The notes under the pieces: generated by a model
The model's database searches: none
What the model saw: the letters and a program-made list of their open reading frames with translations, nothing else
What the model was told of the DNA's origin: nothing
In this document: one piece after another, positions 11,143-23,252 of the stretch
Position numbering within the stretch: position 1 is the stretch's first letter
Layout: each line of letters opens with the position of its first letter
Translations under genes and position numbers: made by a program
Assembly (NCBI GenBank): GCA_951804945.1
Contig: OX638156.1
Span: 61,628,001-61,692,000, forward strand
From: Podarcis cretensis
Taxonomy: Eukaryota
Direction: 5' to 3'
Length of the DNA stretch: 64,000 nucleotides

Positions 11143-13142
11143 CTGCATGTTAAGAACACTTCCCAAGGGAGGAAAAAAATGTCTTACTTTATGGTCTTTG
11201 CACACTGAGACTCTTGCGCAGATCTTGCTTCTCAGGGAGTGTGCCCTTGGGATGCTTTCATCTTCCCAGTGGAGGTTGGTTCATGGGGGGGGGGGCAAAC
11301 AGGGCACAGCCTCTTCAACCTCAGGCTGCCCTCAAACAGCTCCCATCTGCTTGCCTTTCGTGTGCAAGCACCTGAGGGTGCAGCTCTGTAGATCGTTGGC
11401 TCTAGCGCCACCTGTTTGTCTCCCTGCCTCCCAGCTTATCACTCCTAATGGGAACCAGTCACCACTGCATGTTTTGTGGGAGGTGGCTCAGCAAATGAAC
11501 TCTCTGGGCTGATTTTATGCATATTGTGACACAGGGAAGAGAAATTTACAACCCTCCTGATGTTGCTAGACTCCAATCCCAACACCCATTACCACTGGGG
11601 TGGATGGGAGTTGCAGTCAAACATCTGGGAGCTGTTTCAATAATTTTAGATGATGGCGTTTATGGCCATCCACGGTGTGTTTGTGTGTGTATGAAAATCA
11701 ATCACCCCTCAAAAAATGAGCAGAACAGGGTGGATTTGGGTGAAATTTTTGAGGCCAGGATGGGGCTGCGGCTTAGATTTTAGAAACTAGAAAAAGGAAA
11801 AGTCAACATAGACCAGATGTCCTGTGCAGCTTACTAATTTAATGCTGTGAAGTGCCTGAGGGGTGTAGGTATTCTTCCTTTTAACTCCCTACCCCAGATA
11901 TATAAAACTTCATCCTACTTTCTAGTACTTTGCAGAGTCTCAAAATGCTGCATTTCCTGAAATGTGATTTTCTGGGTTAACAGAGTTGCAAACAGCTCCC
12001 CCCCCCCCGAAGCAATTAACATGGAAATAAGTGCTGGATTTCCAGTCGTGTGAAAGAGCGAACACAATGCAGACGTTATCAGGTACCTCAGGGAAACAGA
12101 ATGAACAGCTGTGCAAATGCAGCCTTCCTTCAACGTGCGTTAAGTCAGCCCTGCTGCATTTGGGGAGCCTCCTGTTCTCCCTGTTGAATCAGGTCCTTGA
12201 CTTCTGCCCAAAAGTCCTGCCTGACATTGTTGCTTGGCCTTAGGCTAACCTAGACCATTCTGCCTCTGCACCACTTGATTTTCTTTCTTTCCATTGATTT
12301 ATCCTGAAGAAGCTTTATAACTTTAAAAGGGTTTAGAAAAAGAAAAGAATTGGGGGAAATAAGAGATGTTTAAATTATATGCATTTGAGAGTTTCAGTCT
12401 ATCAGCAAGGCGGTAAGAAGCGATAGCGAAAGCAATAGCCAGTGAATCTGACAGCTCCCGAAACGGTGGGGTGATGACATATAACTAGGGGAGGGAATCA
12501 GTTTTTAAGAGTGCAGTAAAGCAGCAAATTTGAAAACCACTGAATTACAATGAGTATAATCCACGCTGTGCAATCTTAAATATATCTGTAATACTCAGTT
12601 CTGACATCCCTGCTCCAAGTTCTATATTAGGGACTCTATACTGCCTCAGAAATACTGGAACTCAAAACTCACAGTTTGTGGTATAACATCCCACAACACA
12701 CACACACACACAAAAGGGGAAACACAGCAGAACAATGGATTGTTGAGCAAACTCATCATTCCTGGGCCTTCCACTCTGATTTTGGTTCATCAGTACCAAG
12801 GCATGTGGCAACGCTCTCAGTAGCTAAAGGAATAGAATAATCATGACCGCTTAACAATTTTTGGAAGGAAATGGAAGTTCATATATTTGGACTGAATGTG
12901 TCGCTGGAAGCTAATTCAAAAGGGAAGGGTTTCGGGAGAAAGGGTATGAACTTAACTGTGCTTAGAAATAATAATGGGAAAGTTCATGTTTCACAGCAAT
13001 TTGATGTAGCAGTAATATCAGGGCGTATGTGCAACCTAATTCAGACAGGAAAACAACAATAAAACCTTCAGTTAAAACAGTCAAAGACATCTGCTGGTGA
13101 CTGCCCCCTTAATCATTGTGCCAGGGTGGAAGAACCCCTTAC

Positions 13143-13253
13143 CATATTCAAAGACGAACTGGCTGTGGGTCTGTGAGGAGAACTGGACTTTGCTAAAGGA
13201 GTAGTGGATCTTTGTAAGCCATTTGGCATCAGAGACACTGGATCAGCAGATCC
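13143..13253 (-). other. Candidate 111-nt frame-preserving exon
   Basis: Acceptor atatttcaaag|GGATCT, donor ATG|gtaagg; phase 0 reads GSADPVSLMPNGLQRSTTPLAKSSSPHRPTASSSLNM. Confidence 0.35.
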
Positions 13254-13334
13254 CTTTGAAATATTATTTTGTTTGTAAATGTTTATGACTCGGGGTGAAC
13301 AGGTTTCCCCCTCCCCCACTTTGAATTTACATTA

Positions 13335-13572
13335 CAGTGGTACCTTTGGTTACGAATGCTTCTGATTACGAACGCTTCAGGTTACAAACTCTGCTAACCC
13401 GGAAGTAGCTGCTCCTGGTTGCGAACTTTGCCCCAGGATGCAGGATGAAAATGCCAGAGGCACGCGTGCAGCAGGAAACCCCATTAGTGAAAGCGCACTT
13501 CAGGATAACAACTGTATCAGCTTAAGAACGGACCTCTGGAACGAATTAAGTTCATAACGTGAGGTACCACTG
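13335..13572. mobile_element. Tc1/mariner (Tigger-like) MITE
   Basis: TA|CAGTGGTACCT ... AGGTACCACTG|TA; sister copy at 49536-49776. Confidence 0.88.
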
Positions 13573-14519
13573 TATTAATATTGTATATTAAGTTATTGAT
13601 CTTTGTATTTTATGTTATTGATTTATGTGTGACTCTCTCTCAGCGGTTAACACCAACGTTTATTTATTTATTTATTTTCTTGCTTATCTTAATTCTTAGG
13701 TTTATATGATGAACATAAGATTTGTCATTTTTTAAATTCAGGGGGAGGGGGGAACAGTTAAAGACAACAATTTAAAAACATGCGAAAAAGAATTGAGATC
13801 AGCAATAAACTAAAAACACATTTAAAACTCACATCAGCATTCTACATATTTGGGTATTGAAACAGGAGACTCAGGCCAGGAGACCACTTAGAGGAACGAT
13901 GCTGAGAGCTTTATCACCAGTGAAATGCGAGTTTCCTGACCGTTTAGTACAGCAACTGTCTCTGCTGGGGGGGGGGGGGGGGAGAAAACTACTGACAAGC
14001 TTGAGAAAGGACAGTTTCTCCATTGTGCCAGTTTTACTTGAAACCTTTTGGGATTTATATTCCGTCTTTGAGACTGTCGATCAAAAGCAGTCTTCTTTGT
14101 GGAGGCATCGTCCTATCCAATCATTAACAAGCACTTTGACTGACAGAAGAAGTTTGTTGGGTATGGATTAGGCATCATATCTGCACATGACAAAGTTTGC
14201 CCATTGGCAGGTCATAAATGAAAGAATTCATCCATCAATAGACAACACAGGTTTGGTGTGTGTTTTTTTAAGAAAGAGATCACTTGGCATTTTCATGTGG
14301 AGTTTGGAATTGATTTCCTCCTTCTGTGTTTGATTTACTCATCCAAAGGAGCAGGGAGGGAACCCTGGGGAAACATAACATTGTAAAGATAAAAAAGATC
14401 TGAAGGTCATTTAGTCCAATCCCTATGAATGAGCCGGGGCTGTTGATCACTAGCTTGCCATTTTGACAGGTGGAGTGTGAATGGGAGGGGGAAGTTCTAT
14501 ATATTACAGAGATGATGAT

Positions 14520-15085
14520 GATTAATTACCTGCCTTTCATCCTAAGGTCCCAGTTTGGGTTACAGCATTAAAACACAATATTAAAAACAATTTAAAACAA
14601 CTTGCAGTCTCAAAATAAGGCGAGTCCTTAAAAGCACATCTCAAGTGCCAAAAGCCATGATAAAGTGTGTCTTCAGCATCCTCTGGAAACTGTGTAATGA
14701 AGGTGCCAGGTACACCTTTGTGGGGAGGGAGTTCCATAGCTTAGGGGCTACCACAGAGAAGGCCCTCTCCTGGGCTGCCACTCCCTGAGTCTCTGAGGGT
14801 GGAGGGACTACCAAGAGGGCCCCCTCTGCCAACCTTAGCATCCAACTGAGTGTTTAGGGATGGTCTTTCAGGTATTTGGGATCCAAGTCATTTAGGGCTT
14901 TAAACACCTTGAATTGGACTTGGAAATGAACTGGCAACCAGTGCAGCTGTTTCAAAACAGTGGTTATCCAAATAGAATCTCAGCCAGTAATCTGGCTGCT
15001 GCGTTTTGGACCAACTGAAGTTTCCTAGTTGTCTTCAAGGGCAGCCCTACGCAGAGCACATTGCAACAATCCAGTCTGGAAGTTT
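14520..15085 (-). mobile_element. L2 LINE 3' fragment
   Basis: Minus-strand translation RAFSVVAPKLWNSLP...FQRMLKTHF is typical of the L2 ORF2 C-terminus. Confidence 0.75.
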
Positions 15086-16802
15086 ACAAGAGCATAGAGT
15101 TCATGGAGATGCCATGGGGTCCCGGTCAATGGGGAGGGGGATTGTTGCATCATCCACTGTTAGGTTCTTGGTGAGTCTTGCACCCATTATTTCCCTTGTA
15201 GCAGTGAATGGGAGAAAGGTATGGAGAAAGTAAAAGTGTGTGTGCTTGATGGACAAGTTCAGCCTTCTCTGGAATGAACTTCTTATTTCCTCTGTAGTGT
15301 GGAGCAGGCTTTGCATTCTCATCCTGGCTGTGTCTGCCACAGCAGCCTATAGTGTTGACCCAGGGGTAGGACTCCCCCTATTTATGCAAATATATTTATA
15401 TTACGATTTATTTTTTAAAAAATCAGAATGCTTCACAACCATTAAACATAATACAGTACAAACTACGTGAAAAATTTAAAATCAGAAATCAGATAGCTAT
15501 TATGGACAGATGTATTCTTAATTGCCTGCATAAGTCTGACGGAAGAGAAGAGGTTTGAGAAAGCGTTTAAAAGTTGAAGCAGAAGGTGTCTGCAGAACCT
15601 TCTTTGACAGAGTATCCTACAAGACTGGGCCAATCCTATCTATAATGCACAGCTTAGGCTTGGGCAGTGAAACAGAGAGAGCTAAAAATATGTTCAAAAT
15701 GCATCACCATCAAAATTTTACTGGTCAACCAAATGCAAGTCAGAGCCCAAAACAAAACAAAAACCCTACAAACTATTTTTTTTTTTAAAGCAGCCAAACC
15801 AGGATAATAAACACAGCATGACGAGACACATATTATACCTAAAACATACATAGACAAGTGGCACATACCTCAGATTGTAAGGCTAGTCTCATAAACCTTC
15901 TGGGTTGGGGACATTTTTACAGCAAACCTAGCTGTGTTGAACGTAATAGATTTACCCATGCTAGACTTTAGATGCTTAATTTTGTTGATGTTACTAAGAG
16001 TGGCAATTGGCTCTAAGAACGTCTTCAAATATTTTGCCCTTGGAATTTCATACAGCTTTCAAGACAGCGTGTAGTGTGTAATGTCCTCTGTCTGGCATCC
16101 ACAGAGGTAAAAGTGCTGTTCCCTGGGAATTCTCTTTGTTCAAAATGCATAGAGAGACTATGAGTTGTGAGCAAGAGAAATCAGAACCAGGTACCATGAA
16201 CCTTAATCAAATGGATTTTGTAGTTGGCTGTGCTGTCAGTGGTGGTTTCCCTTCCATGCTTTCTCCCTCCACTTGGCTGTAAAATACCTTCTTATAGACA
16301 AATTCCAACAGTTTATCTCCCCCCTCCCACTGTTTGATGAAAACCACGATCAGACAAGTAGAGACACCCTCCGCTGTGCACACTGCTGGTAGTTGCCATA
16401 TAGAGAAGGCTTAGGGGATTTTTTTTGGAATGAAAGCCTGCTCCGGGGAGCTGAATTGCATAATATTTTGTTTCTACTTAATTCAGTTGTATTTTAGAAT
16501 TTAAGCCTCAGTCCTCACAGATCAAGCCTGCACTATGTTATTTCCCCAACAAATCCTTCCAGCAAATTGCAACAGCCGCACCTGCCTCTCAGTTTACATA
16601 TTTCATATATGAAGTTGGTTAATACAATCTCACATAGAGCCCAGTCCTTGCTATTGGCTGAGTTGCTGCGATGCCACAGAATCATTATGAACAGATCTAC
16701 CTTGTCACCTTCTGATGCAGCTCATTAAGCAGTTTTGAAATTTGGCCCTTGTTACCTAGTGTGTCTACTCAGCTTGTTAAAGGGAATTCTCCTTTGTCTA
16801 TA

Positions 16803-17344
16803 CAGGCAATTCCCAATTTACATGGGGGTTGCATTCCGTGCCTCCGTGCATGTAACTGAAATCACGTATATTGGGAGTACCCTGGAGAGTGCCTCCCGAG
16901 AGAACAAAGAAGATGACGTCTGTGGGCTCTGGGGAGGGTTTCCTTGTGAGATGGGGGCACAGCGGGACTTTGCCAAGTCCTCCCTGGCCAGCAGCTGACA
17001 TGTGGGGTAGTGCAGCAGCAGCAGCAGCAGCAGATGTTTCCTCACATGTCAGTGGTGCAAGCCCTGCCTGTTCCACCAGCTCATGCAAACCAAAGGGACA
17101 GCACCATTCTATTGACCACTCAGCTGACAAGCTGGAGGGGCAGTGGGGCTTGCACAGCTGATTCATGGAGAAGCTTCTTCCCTACATGCCAGCTGTTAGG
17201 CAGGGAGGGCCTCGCTTGTGAGGAGACTCTCGACAGAGCCTGCGGAGCTCTCCTCACGAGCCAGGAGGACTCTCCAGGGTGTTCTGGGTTCCAGGCACTG
17301 TATGTGTGCATGGACATGAGCACATGTAAATAAGGATTTGCCTA
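16803..17344. mobile_element. Old ~540-bp foldback element (Tigger-like termini)
   Basis: CAGGCAATTCCCAATTTACATG vs CATGTAAATAAGGATTTGCCTA, plus nested inverted blocks; TA precedes the left end. Confidence 0.55.
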
Positions 17345-17356
17345 TTTTCACTTGAG

Positions 17357-17523
17357 AAAGGTGGTAGCTCCATGGTAGAGCTTTCTACTTTGCATGTAGA
17401 AAGTACCAGGTTCACTCATCGGTGTTTCCAGGTAGGACTGAGAGAGAACCCTGCCTGAAAACAGTCAGGGCAGACAATACTGAGCTAGGTAGTCTGATTC
17501 AGTATTAGGCAGCTTCCTATGTA
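17357..17523 (+). mobile_element. tRNA(Ala)-like-headed SINE, diverged
   Basis: GTAGCTCCATGGTAGAGC head; GACAATACTGAGCTAG...GGCAGCTTCCTATG 3' end. Confidence 0.6.
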
Positions 17524-17720
17524 CTTTTATTATACAGTATTGCTTTATTTATTCATTACATTTTTAACCTCTTTTCCGTCCAAGGAGACCAGGTAGCAAA
17601 ACTGGCTCTCCATTAGTCCCTCTATCCAGTATTCTCCACTCCGGATGTCAGGGGATCATTTGCCTTCTGATCCTTTTAATTTAAATTGTCCATGATTGAA
17701 GCTGGGACCTTTGGCATTAA

Positions 17721-17952
17721 TAGGGTTGCCATTTTTGGGGAAGACCCAAAAATTATTGAGTTTTTCTTTTTAGGAAACCCCAACAGTTGCTGAGCGTTTT
17801 TCTTTTTACAAAAATGCCAAAAACACGATTTTTCAACTGACTTGCCTAAGATCCAGGACAAAGCACTACCTTTCGGAAATTTCCCCTGGATGTCAATTCT
17901 GCCTTTGAAATCCCAGTAATGTCTGGGAAAATCTGGACGTGTGGCAGCCCTA
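17721..17952. mobile_element. hAT MITE
   Basis: TAGGGTTGCCA ... TGGCAGCCCTA termini; 8-bp TSD GGCATTAA/GGCATTCA; interrupts a minus-strand SINE fragment. Confidence 0.82.
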
Positions 17953-18148
17953 GGCATTCAAAACATGTGCTTTGACACTGAGTTGTTCCTTCCCTTTTTG
18001 GAGGCTTCCTCACCACAATTTTTCTCCCAACAGTTTTAGTAATGGGGTTCCAACAGTGGTGACTGAACTGGACAGTGTGACTGGTGGGGCAGAGTGCATG
18101 GAGCTCAACAATAGGTGGTGTGGGAGCCAACGGTAAGTGGAACCTATG

Positions 18149-18724
18149 TGTGCTGATCCCGGGGGGAAGGTTACCGTTGGCGTAGTCAAAGTCCGGTCCT
18201 GGGTCACTAGCCTGGAATCAATCCACAAGGAGCAGGGCGAGGTCCGAAGCAGGAAGCCGGGCGGGGACAGGAGCACTGGAGAGTCAGGTCTGGGTCCGGG
18301 CAGGAACAGGTACTCAACAACGACGTTGCTCCCACAACCTGGGACCGGGCCGACTGACCTTTATCTGTTCTGAGGCCAGGGGCGGTCCCGGCCCCTAGGA
18401 GACCCGCCTCTCTTGGCCTTAAGGCGAGCACTCCTCCTGGGAGAAACCAGTTCCCTTCGCCTCTCTGCCCTGAGCCTCTGCAGTTCCGGAGAGGCTAAAG
18501 GGTTACTGGGCCCAGGGGGAGACTCACCTGCAGGCACTGAGTCCTCAACCACCTCTGGAGCCAGAGTGGGATCACCTGGTGCCTGCTCCTGAGGATCTGG
18601 CACAGGTGCAGGCGCTACAGAATCAAGGCCCTGCCCCAGTTCAGCCGGCCCTGGAGGCAGGGACTCCTGTGCAGGCTGGGATTCCTCTGGTTCAGCCTCT
18701 GAATCGGAATCCCAGGCCATCACA
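18149..18724 (-). mobile_element. Solo LTR (576 bp) of an LTR retroelement, probably Gypsy-type
   Basis: TGTG...CACA termini; perfect 5-bp TSD CTATG (18144-18148, 18725-18729); GC/CpG-rich; no gag/pol sequence. Confidence 0.85.
18361..18720 (-). CDS. LTR-internal ORF, 119 aa: acidic/Pro-rich N-terminus, basic C-terminus with PRRSARLKAKR
   Basis: ATG 4 nt inside the LTR 5' end in a good Kozak context (GTGATGG); open to TAA at 18363-18361; expression not shown. Confidence 0.4.
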   Translation of the reverse strand: MAWDSDSEAEPEESQPAQESLPPGPAELGQGLDSVAPAPVPDPQEQAPGDPTLAPEVVEDSVPAGESPPGPSNPLASPELQRLRAERRRELVSPRRSARLKAKRGGSPRGRDRPWPQNR

Positions 18725-19299
18725 CTATGAATTTTTTCTTTCTCTCCATTCTCCTCCATCCTGAGGAGTTCTACAAGGGGAAACATTGAGACTAGAGAAG
18801 AAGCTGACAGGCAGTGCCCACCCACAGGACTGGTTGCAAGTAAAAAGGCAGACTGAGGTTGGTGGGAGCAGAGCTCCATTCACTCTGATGGACCAGACTC
18901 CTTGGGGGTCAGGTATGTGGAAAGGCTTTGCCAGTTTCAGCTGGGCCTTCCCTGTCAGTTTCTGCTGGGCCCTTGAGTGGCCCACGAGACCATCTCAGAT
19001 GCCAAAACAGCACACTTGCGAAAGCAGGGATGTGATGTGCTCAGACTCACCGCATTGTTAAACAGGCCGGCATGTAGTGGCCAGAGGATAGATGTCAGCC
19101 ATATTAAATGGATGTCAAGGAAGAAAGGAGGGATTTCTGACAGGTGCATTTTCCATTGCAAGACTGATTTCTTGATCCTTTATAACTTGAGAGATTGGAA
19201 TCCAAATAGCGGCTTGGCTGTCTCTACTCAACCGTGGCTATTACAGTGCTTTTGTTTCATTGCAAAGAAATGGGAAAATAGATTTCTTATGGTCTTTCT

Positions 19300-19645
19300 C
19301 TGTACCGTCGTACATCTGCAGGTGGGGCAGTGGGTATGCTGGACCATCGTCTTGCCTCGGTAAGGAACTGGAGGAGAGCCAGTAAATGAAAGCTCAATCC
19401 AGATGAGATTGTTAGTGAGTGGTTCCATAGACCATATGGATGAGAGGTGGCCTGCTCTTGATGAGATTATACTGCTCTGAAGGAGCAGATACGCAGCTTG
19501 GGCACAATACTGGATCCATTGCTGTCACTTGAGGCTTAGGTGGCCTTAGGGGTACACGGTGCCTTCCATCAGCTTGGGCTGGTGGCCCAGCTGTGCCCTT
19601 ATATGGTCAGGGAAAGCCTGTTGTCTATGCTCTGGTAACCTTCTA
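19300..19645 (+). mobile_element. Degenerate L2 ORF2 fragment
   Basis: Recognisable L2 motifs (AAGCTCAATCCAGA, CGCAGCTTGGG...CTGGATCCA, TATGCTCTGGTAACC). Confidence 0.55.
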
Positions 19646-21014
19646 GTTTCTTCTCCTGTTCAGCCGAACATGCCTAGAATGCTCCCCATGATTAGAAACC
19701 CAGACTGTGCAGGGTCCTAAGTGCATTCAAATGAATGCATGAATAATTTCCCTTTAAACTTAATGTGGGAAGGTCAGGAGAGGGCCAGCAATGGTGGGAG
19801 TGTTGGGGGTGCGCACTCTTGTGCATGACTTGTTCCCCCGTGACCCATTTAACATGTCTCCAGCCTCTCTGCTGATAGCAGAGGGCTCACTTAGACAGGA
19901 GCAATAAATCATATGGGTGCTGGGGAGGATCTGATGGGACCCAAACCAGTTTGAATTATTTGAAGGGTACCCTTGCTAGCCCTGCTCAGAATCATTTCAT
20001 CTGCAAGTTTGCTGGGGTGGTGGTGGTGGTGGAATCAATACGGAGTACAGTCTGAAATTCGCAGCAAACAAATGAAGAAAATCTGGTCTGTGGAGTAAGG
20101 GGAATAGCATAAATAGATTATTCATCAATACTTGCAATGTCAGAAGCTTTATTTAGTGGCTAAATATGTGTCTCTTTGCTCTGGCAGCCCAAGGAAATCT
20201 CTAGGGAACCCAGCTGGGAGCTGACACTTAGAAGCAGCTTTTATAGCTTGCAAAATTTAAGTTGCTAAGAATTAAATACGTCCATCGGTTGGGATAATAG
20301 GAAGAAAAGTTGAAAACTTTATTAAGGGATCTCCAAGGCTGACAAAAGAATTGCTTTGGAATGTATTTTTTTAAAAGGTAATGGAAAGTTGGAAGATGAC
20401 TATTGCAGCTGCTCATATGAGTAAGTGATGCTTGTGAGAGAGAAGGTTGTGGCACAGGTCTCTGTGCATATGTGAACAAAAGGGGAGTATTAACAGTGCT
20501 AATAATATATCATTTAAAACCAAAGTAGGTTTTAAACTTACACACATCAAACCAATTATACAAGCATTGCATTACAAATATTCATAATTAAAATACACAG
20601 TAAAACAATCCCATTAAAATATAAACATGCATACTTAAAACATGCAATAGAACAATTCCATTAAGGCAACCCAGGAATTAAAAGAAGAGTAAGTGATCTA
20701 GAGAGCAAGAGAATAGCTGGGTAAATGGGGGGGAGGGGTTTCCTTCAAAAGCTGGTGAAATACCAAGAGATGGGGCCTATCGCATTTCAGCAGAGAGTCC
20801 ATCCCATAACATGGGCACCACACCTGATAAAGCCTTGCTCTGCGTCACCATAAGCCAATAATTATCATGCTGTGGTTCCATTTGTTGATTTTAATCCCCT
20901 TTCTAGGCAATGGAGGGGTAGCTGGCCTTTCTAGAAACCTGTTTCAGAGCTGTTTAGAGCTTTATATACAGGTAGCAAGACCTTTAAATGTCCTCAGTGG
21001 CTTATAGGCATCCG

Positions 21015-21270
21015 CATGCCCACCAACATGTCACAATGAAAAACCAGGATGTCATCTTCTGGGGCTGCAATCCTGTGAGAGTCACTTGACCCGCATGAGA
21101 TCACAGCCCCAAAGAAGTGCTTTTTAGGGTGCAATGCAAGATCACAGCCCTGAAAAAGTGCTTTTTCAGGGTGAGATAGGAGCGCAAAATTGTGACGCCC
21201 AAAATGGCTGCCATGCTCTCATGGGAAATAATGGGATGTCCTGGTTTTTCCAGGACATTTGAGGGGTACA
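21015..21270. mobile_element. MITE with internal tandem palindromic units
   Basis: AAAAACCAGGA / TCCTGGTTTTT subterminal inverted repeat; two ~35-bp units at 21098-21131 and 21139-21173, the second containing CCCTGAAAAAG-TG-CTTTTTCAGGG. Confidence 0.45.
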
Positions 21271-22146
21271 CATCCAGTGCCGGTCTTTTAGGAGTGCATT
21301 CACAGAGAAGACACACACGCAGAAAAGGGACCTAGTGATCCTCTACAAGGGTTTATTTGTTTACTGCATGCACTAAACCTATGTTTTTTACTCCTCACTT
21401 CCATTACATGACAAAATTGAGACATTTCACAAACTACGAGTGCATTTTCTTTTCCGCTTCAGGAACGACGTGCTGGCTTCTCTTTTGGCCTGAAGTGCAC
21501 CACACCCCACCCTTTTTGTTTTGTCAGATTAAAATCCTTCAAGCAGATCTCTTTCTGGCCCCCCCTGCTCTGAGCCCCTCCATTTTGGTGGCAATCTACT
21601 TTAGTTAATGAAGTGTTGCTCTGAGTTTAATGAAGCCTTTCTGACAGCTGCTTCTCAGTCTTTCAGACCTCAAGTTCTACCACTGATCTCTTTAACAAGC
21701 TGAATTAATAGAAGGGGATTATGCCTGTAGGGATAGTTCAAGAAGGAGTCAGGGCAGGGAGGGAATGCCCACTCCTTCCTTCGATATTCTTGGCAGGTAT
21801 CTCTGGTAGATGGTTGACACCACCTTGTTAGGTGTTCCAGGTAATCCTGTCTCTGTTTATATTCAATTTGCCTAAAGCAAAAAGCCTGCCACTTCAAAGG
21901 CTGCTTGCAAAGGGTTGTTCAGGATGACTGGCAATCATGAGATCATTAGAATTGGAGGCCTAAATGTGAAACTCTTGATAGCCTGATTCAAACTTAGGGA
22001 TTAAAAAAAAAGTTTTATAAATTATGTGTTTTTGTTTCTCAATTTGACCCTTTTACATGGTTTTGTATGTACTGTGGTATTTTACTGAGTGTGACTTGCA
22101 GTTATTTTTATTGATCCTAGTTTAGCAATTATTTATTGTAATTGTT

Positions 22147-22480
22147 GGTGGCGCTGTGGGTTAAACCACAAAGCCTAGGACTTGCTGATCAGAAGGTTGG
22201 CAGTTCGAATCCCCACAACGGGGTGAGCTTCTGTTGCTCGGTCCCTGCTCCTGCCAACCTAGCAGTTCGAAAGCATGTCAAAGTGCAAGTAGATAAATAG
22301 GTACCGCCCTGGCGGGAAGGTAAATGGCGTTTCCGTGCACTGCTCTGGTTTGCCAGCAGTGGCTTAGTCATGCTGGCCACATGACCCAGAAGCTGTACGC
22401 CGGCTCCCTCGGCCAATAAAGCGAGATGAGCGTCACAACCCCAGAGTCGGTCACAACTGGACCTAATGGTCAGGGGCCCC
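22147..22480 (+). mobile_element. Sauria SINE
   Basis: Family sequence; 14-bp TSD TTATTGTAATTGTT (22133-22146, 22481-22494). Confidence 0.92.
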
Positions 22481-22804
22481 TTATTGTAATTGTTAAGAGT
22501 GAATTTCTGTTTAATTATTATTTCCTGAGGTTTTGAGATTTAATTTTATTGTGTACTATTCTATTCCAATAGGTTATTGAATATTACATTATTTGAAATG
22601 TCGTTCCATTTTAAACGTTCATGTTTTCTTATGACTTTTTATATTGGATCAGATCATTATAAGGTGTGCATTCTTTGTTGTATATTTTGTTGCTGTAAAC
22701 CGCCTTGTGAATAGTAATATAAAAAGACAGTATACAAATTAAAAATGAAATGAAATGAGAACTGGGAGCTTCTTCTTTTTTTTGTCACCAAGCACAAGCA
22801 AATG

Positions 22805-22992
22805 ACCAGTTGGCTGCAGTGATTAGAGCGTTGGACTAGGACCTGGGAGACCAGGGTTGAAATCCCCCTTTCAACCACTGGGTCACCTTGGGGGCCAGGC
22901 ATTGGCCCCTCAGCCTGACCTACCTCCTGGGGTTGCTCTGGGGATTAAAAGAGGAGAGGGAGAGCCACATTTGCCACATTGAGCTCCTTGGG
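22805..22992 (+). mobile_element. Squam3A-like SINE
   Basis: TTAGAGCGTTGGACTAGGACCTGGGAGACCAGGGTTGAAATCCCC head and family core. Confidence 0.7.
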
Positions 22993-23211
22993 CGATCCTA
23001 ACCAACCAGGTATCAAGCTGCGAACAAAATGATGTCATGCTGGCAGATGGTGGAACAGATTTGACTGTGATGACGCTGTTGCTACTGTGACCAGGTGAAA
23101 TAAATCGAGAGTAATGCACATCGGAGTAATGTAAATGAATGCACGAATGCTGCTCAGGGAGTGTTGGGAAGGTATCAGAAGAAGAGAGAGGATGCTGTCA
23201 AAAGCATCTAC

Positions 23212-23214
<3 letters not shown>

Positions 23215-23250
<36 letters not shown>
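23215..23250. repeat. (AC)n microsatellite
   Basis: Directly visible. Confidence 0.95.

Positions 23251-23252
<2 letters not shown>

Noticed and set aside
17010-17333. PolyQ / polyA ORFs
   Set aside because: A (CAG)7 microsatellite inside a foldback repeat; no splice or homology support.
18721-18879. N-terminal extension of the 172-aa ORF (and 36464-36531 of the 255-aa ORF)
   Set aside because: It lies outside the LTR boundary, so it is chance read-in from the flank; I used the LTR-internal ATGs.
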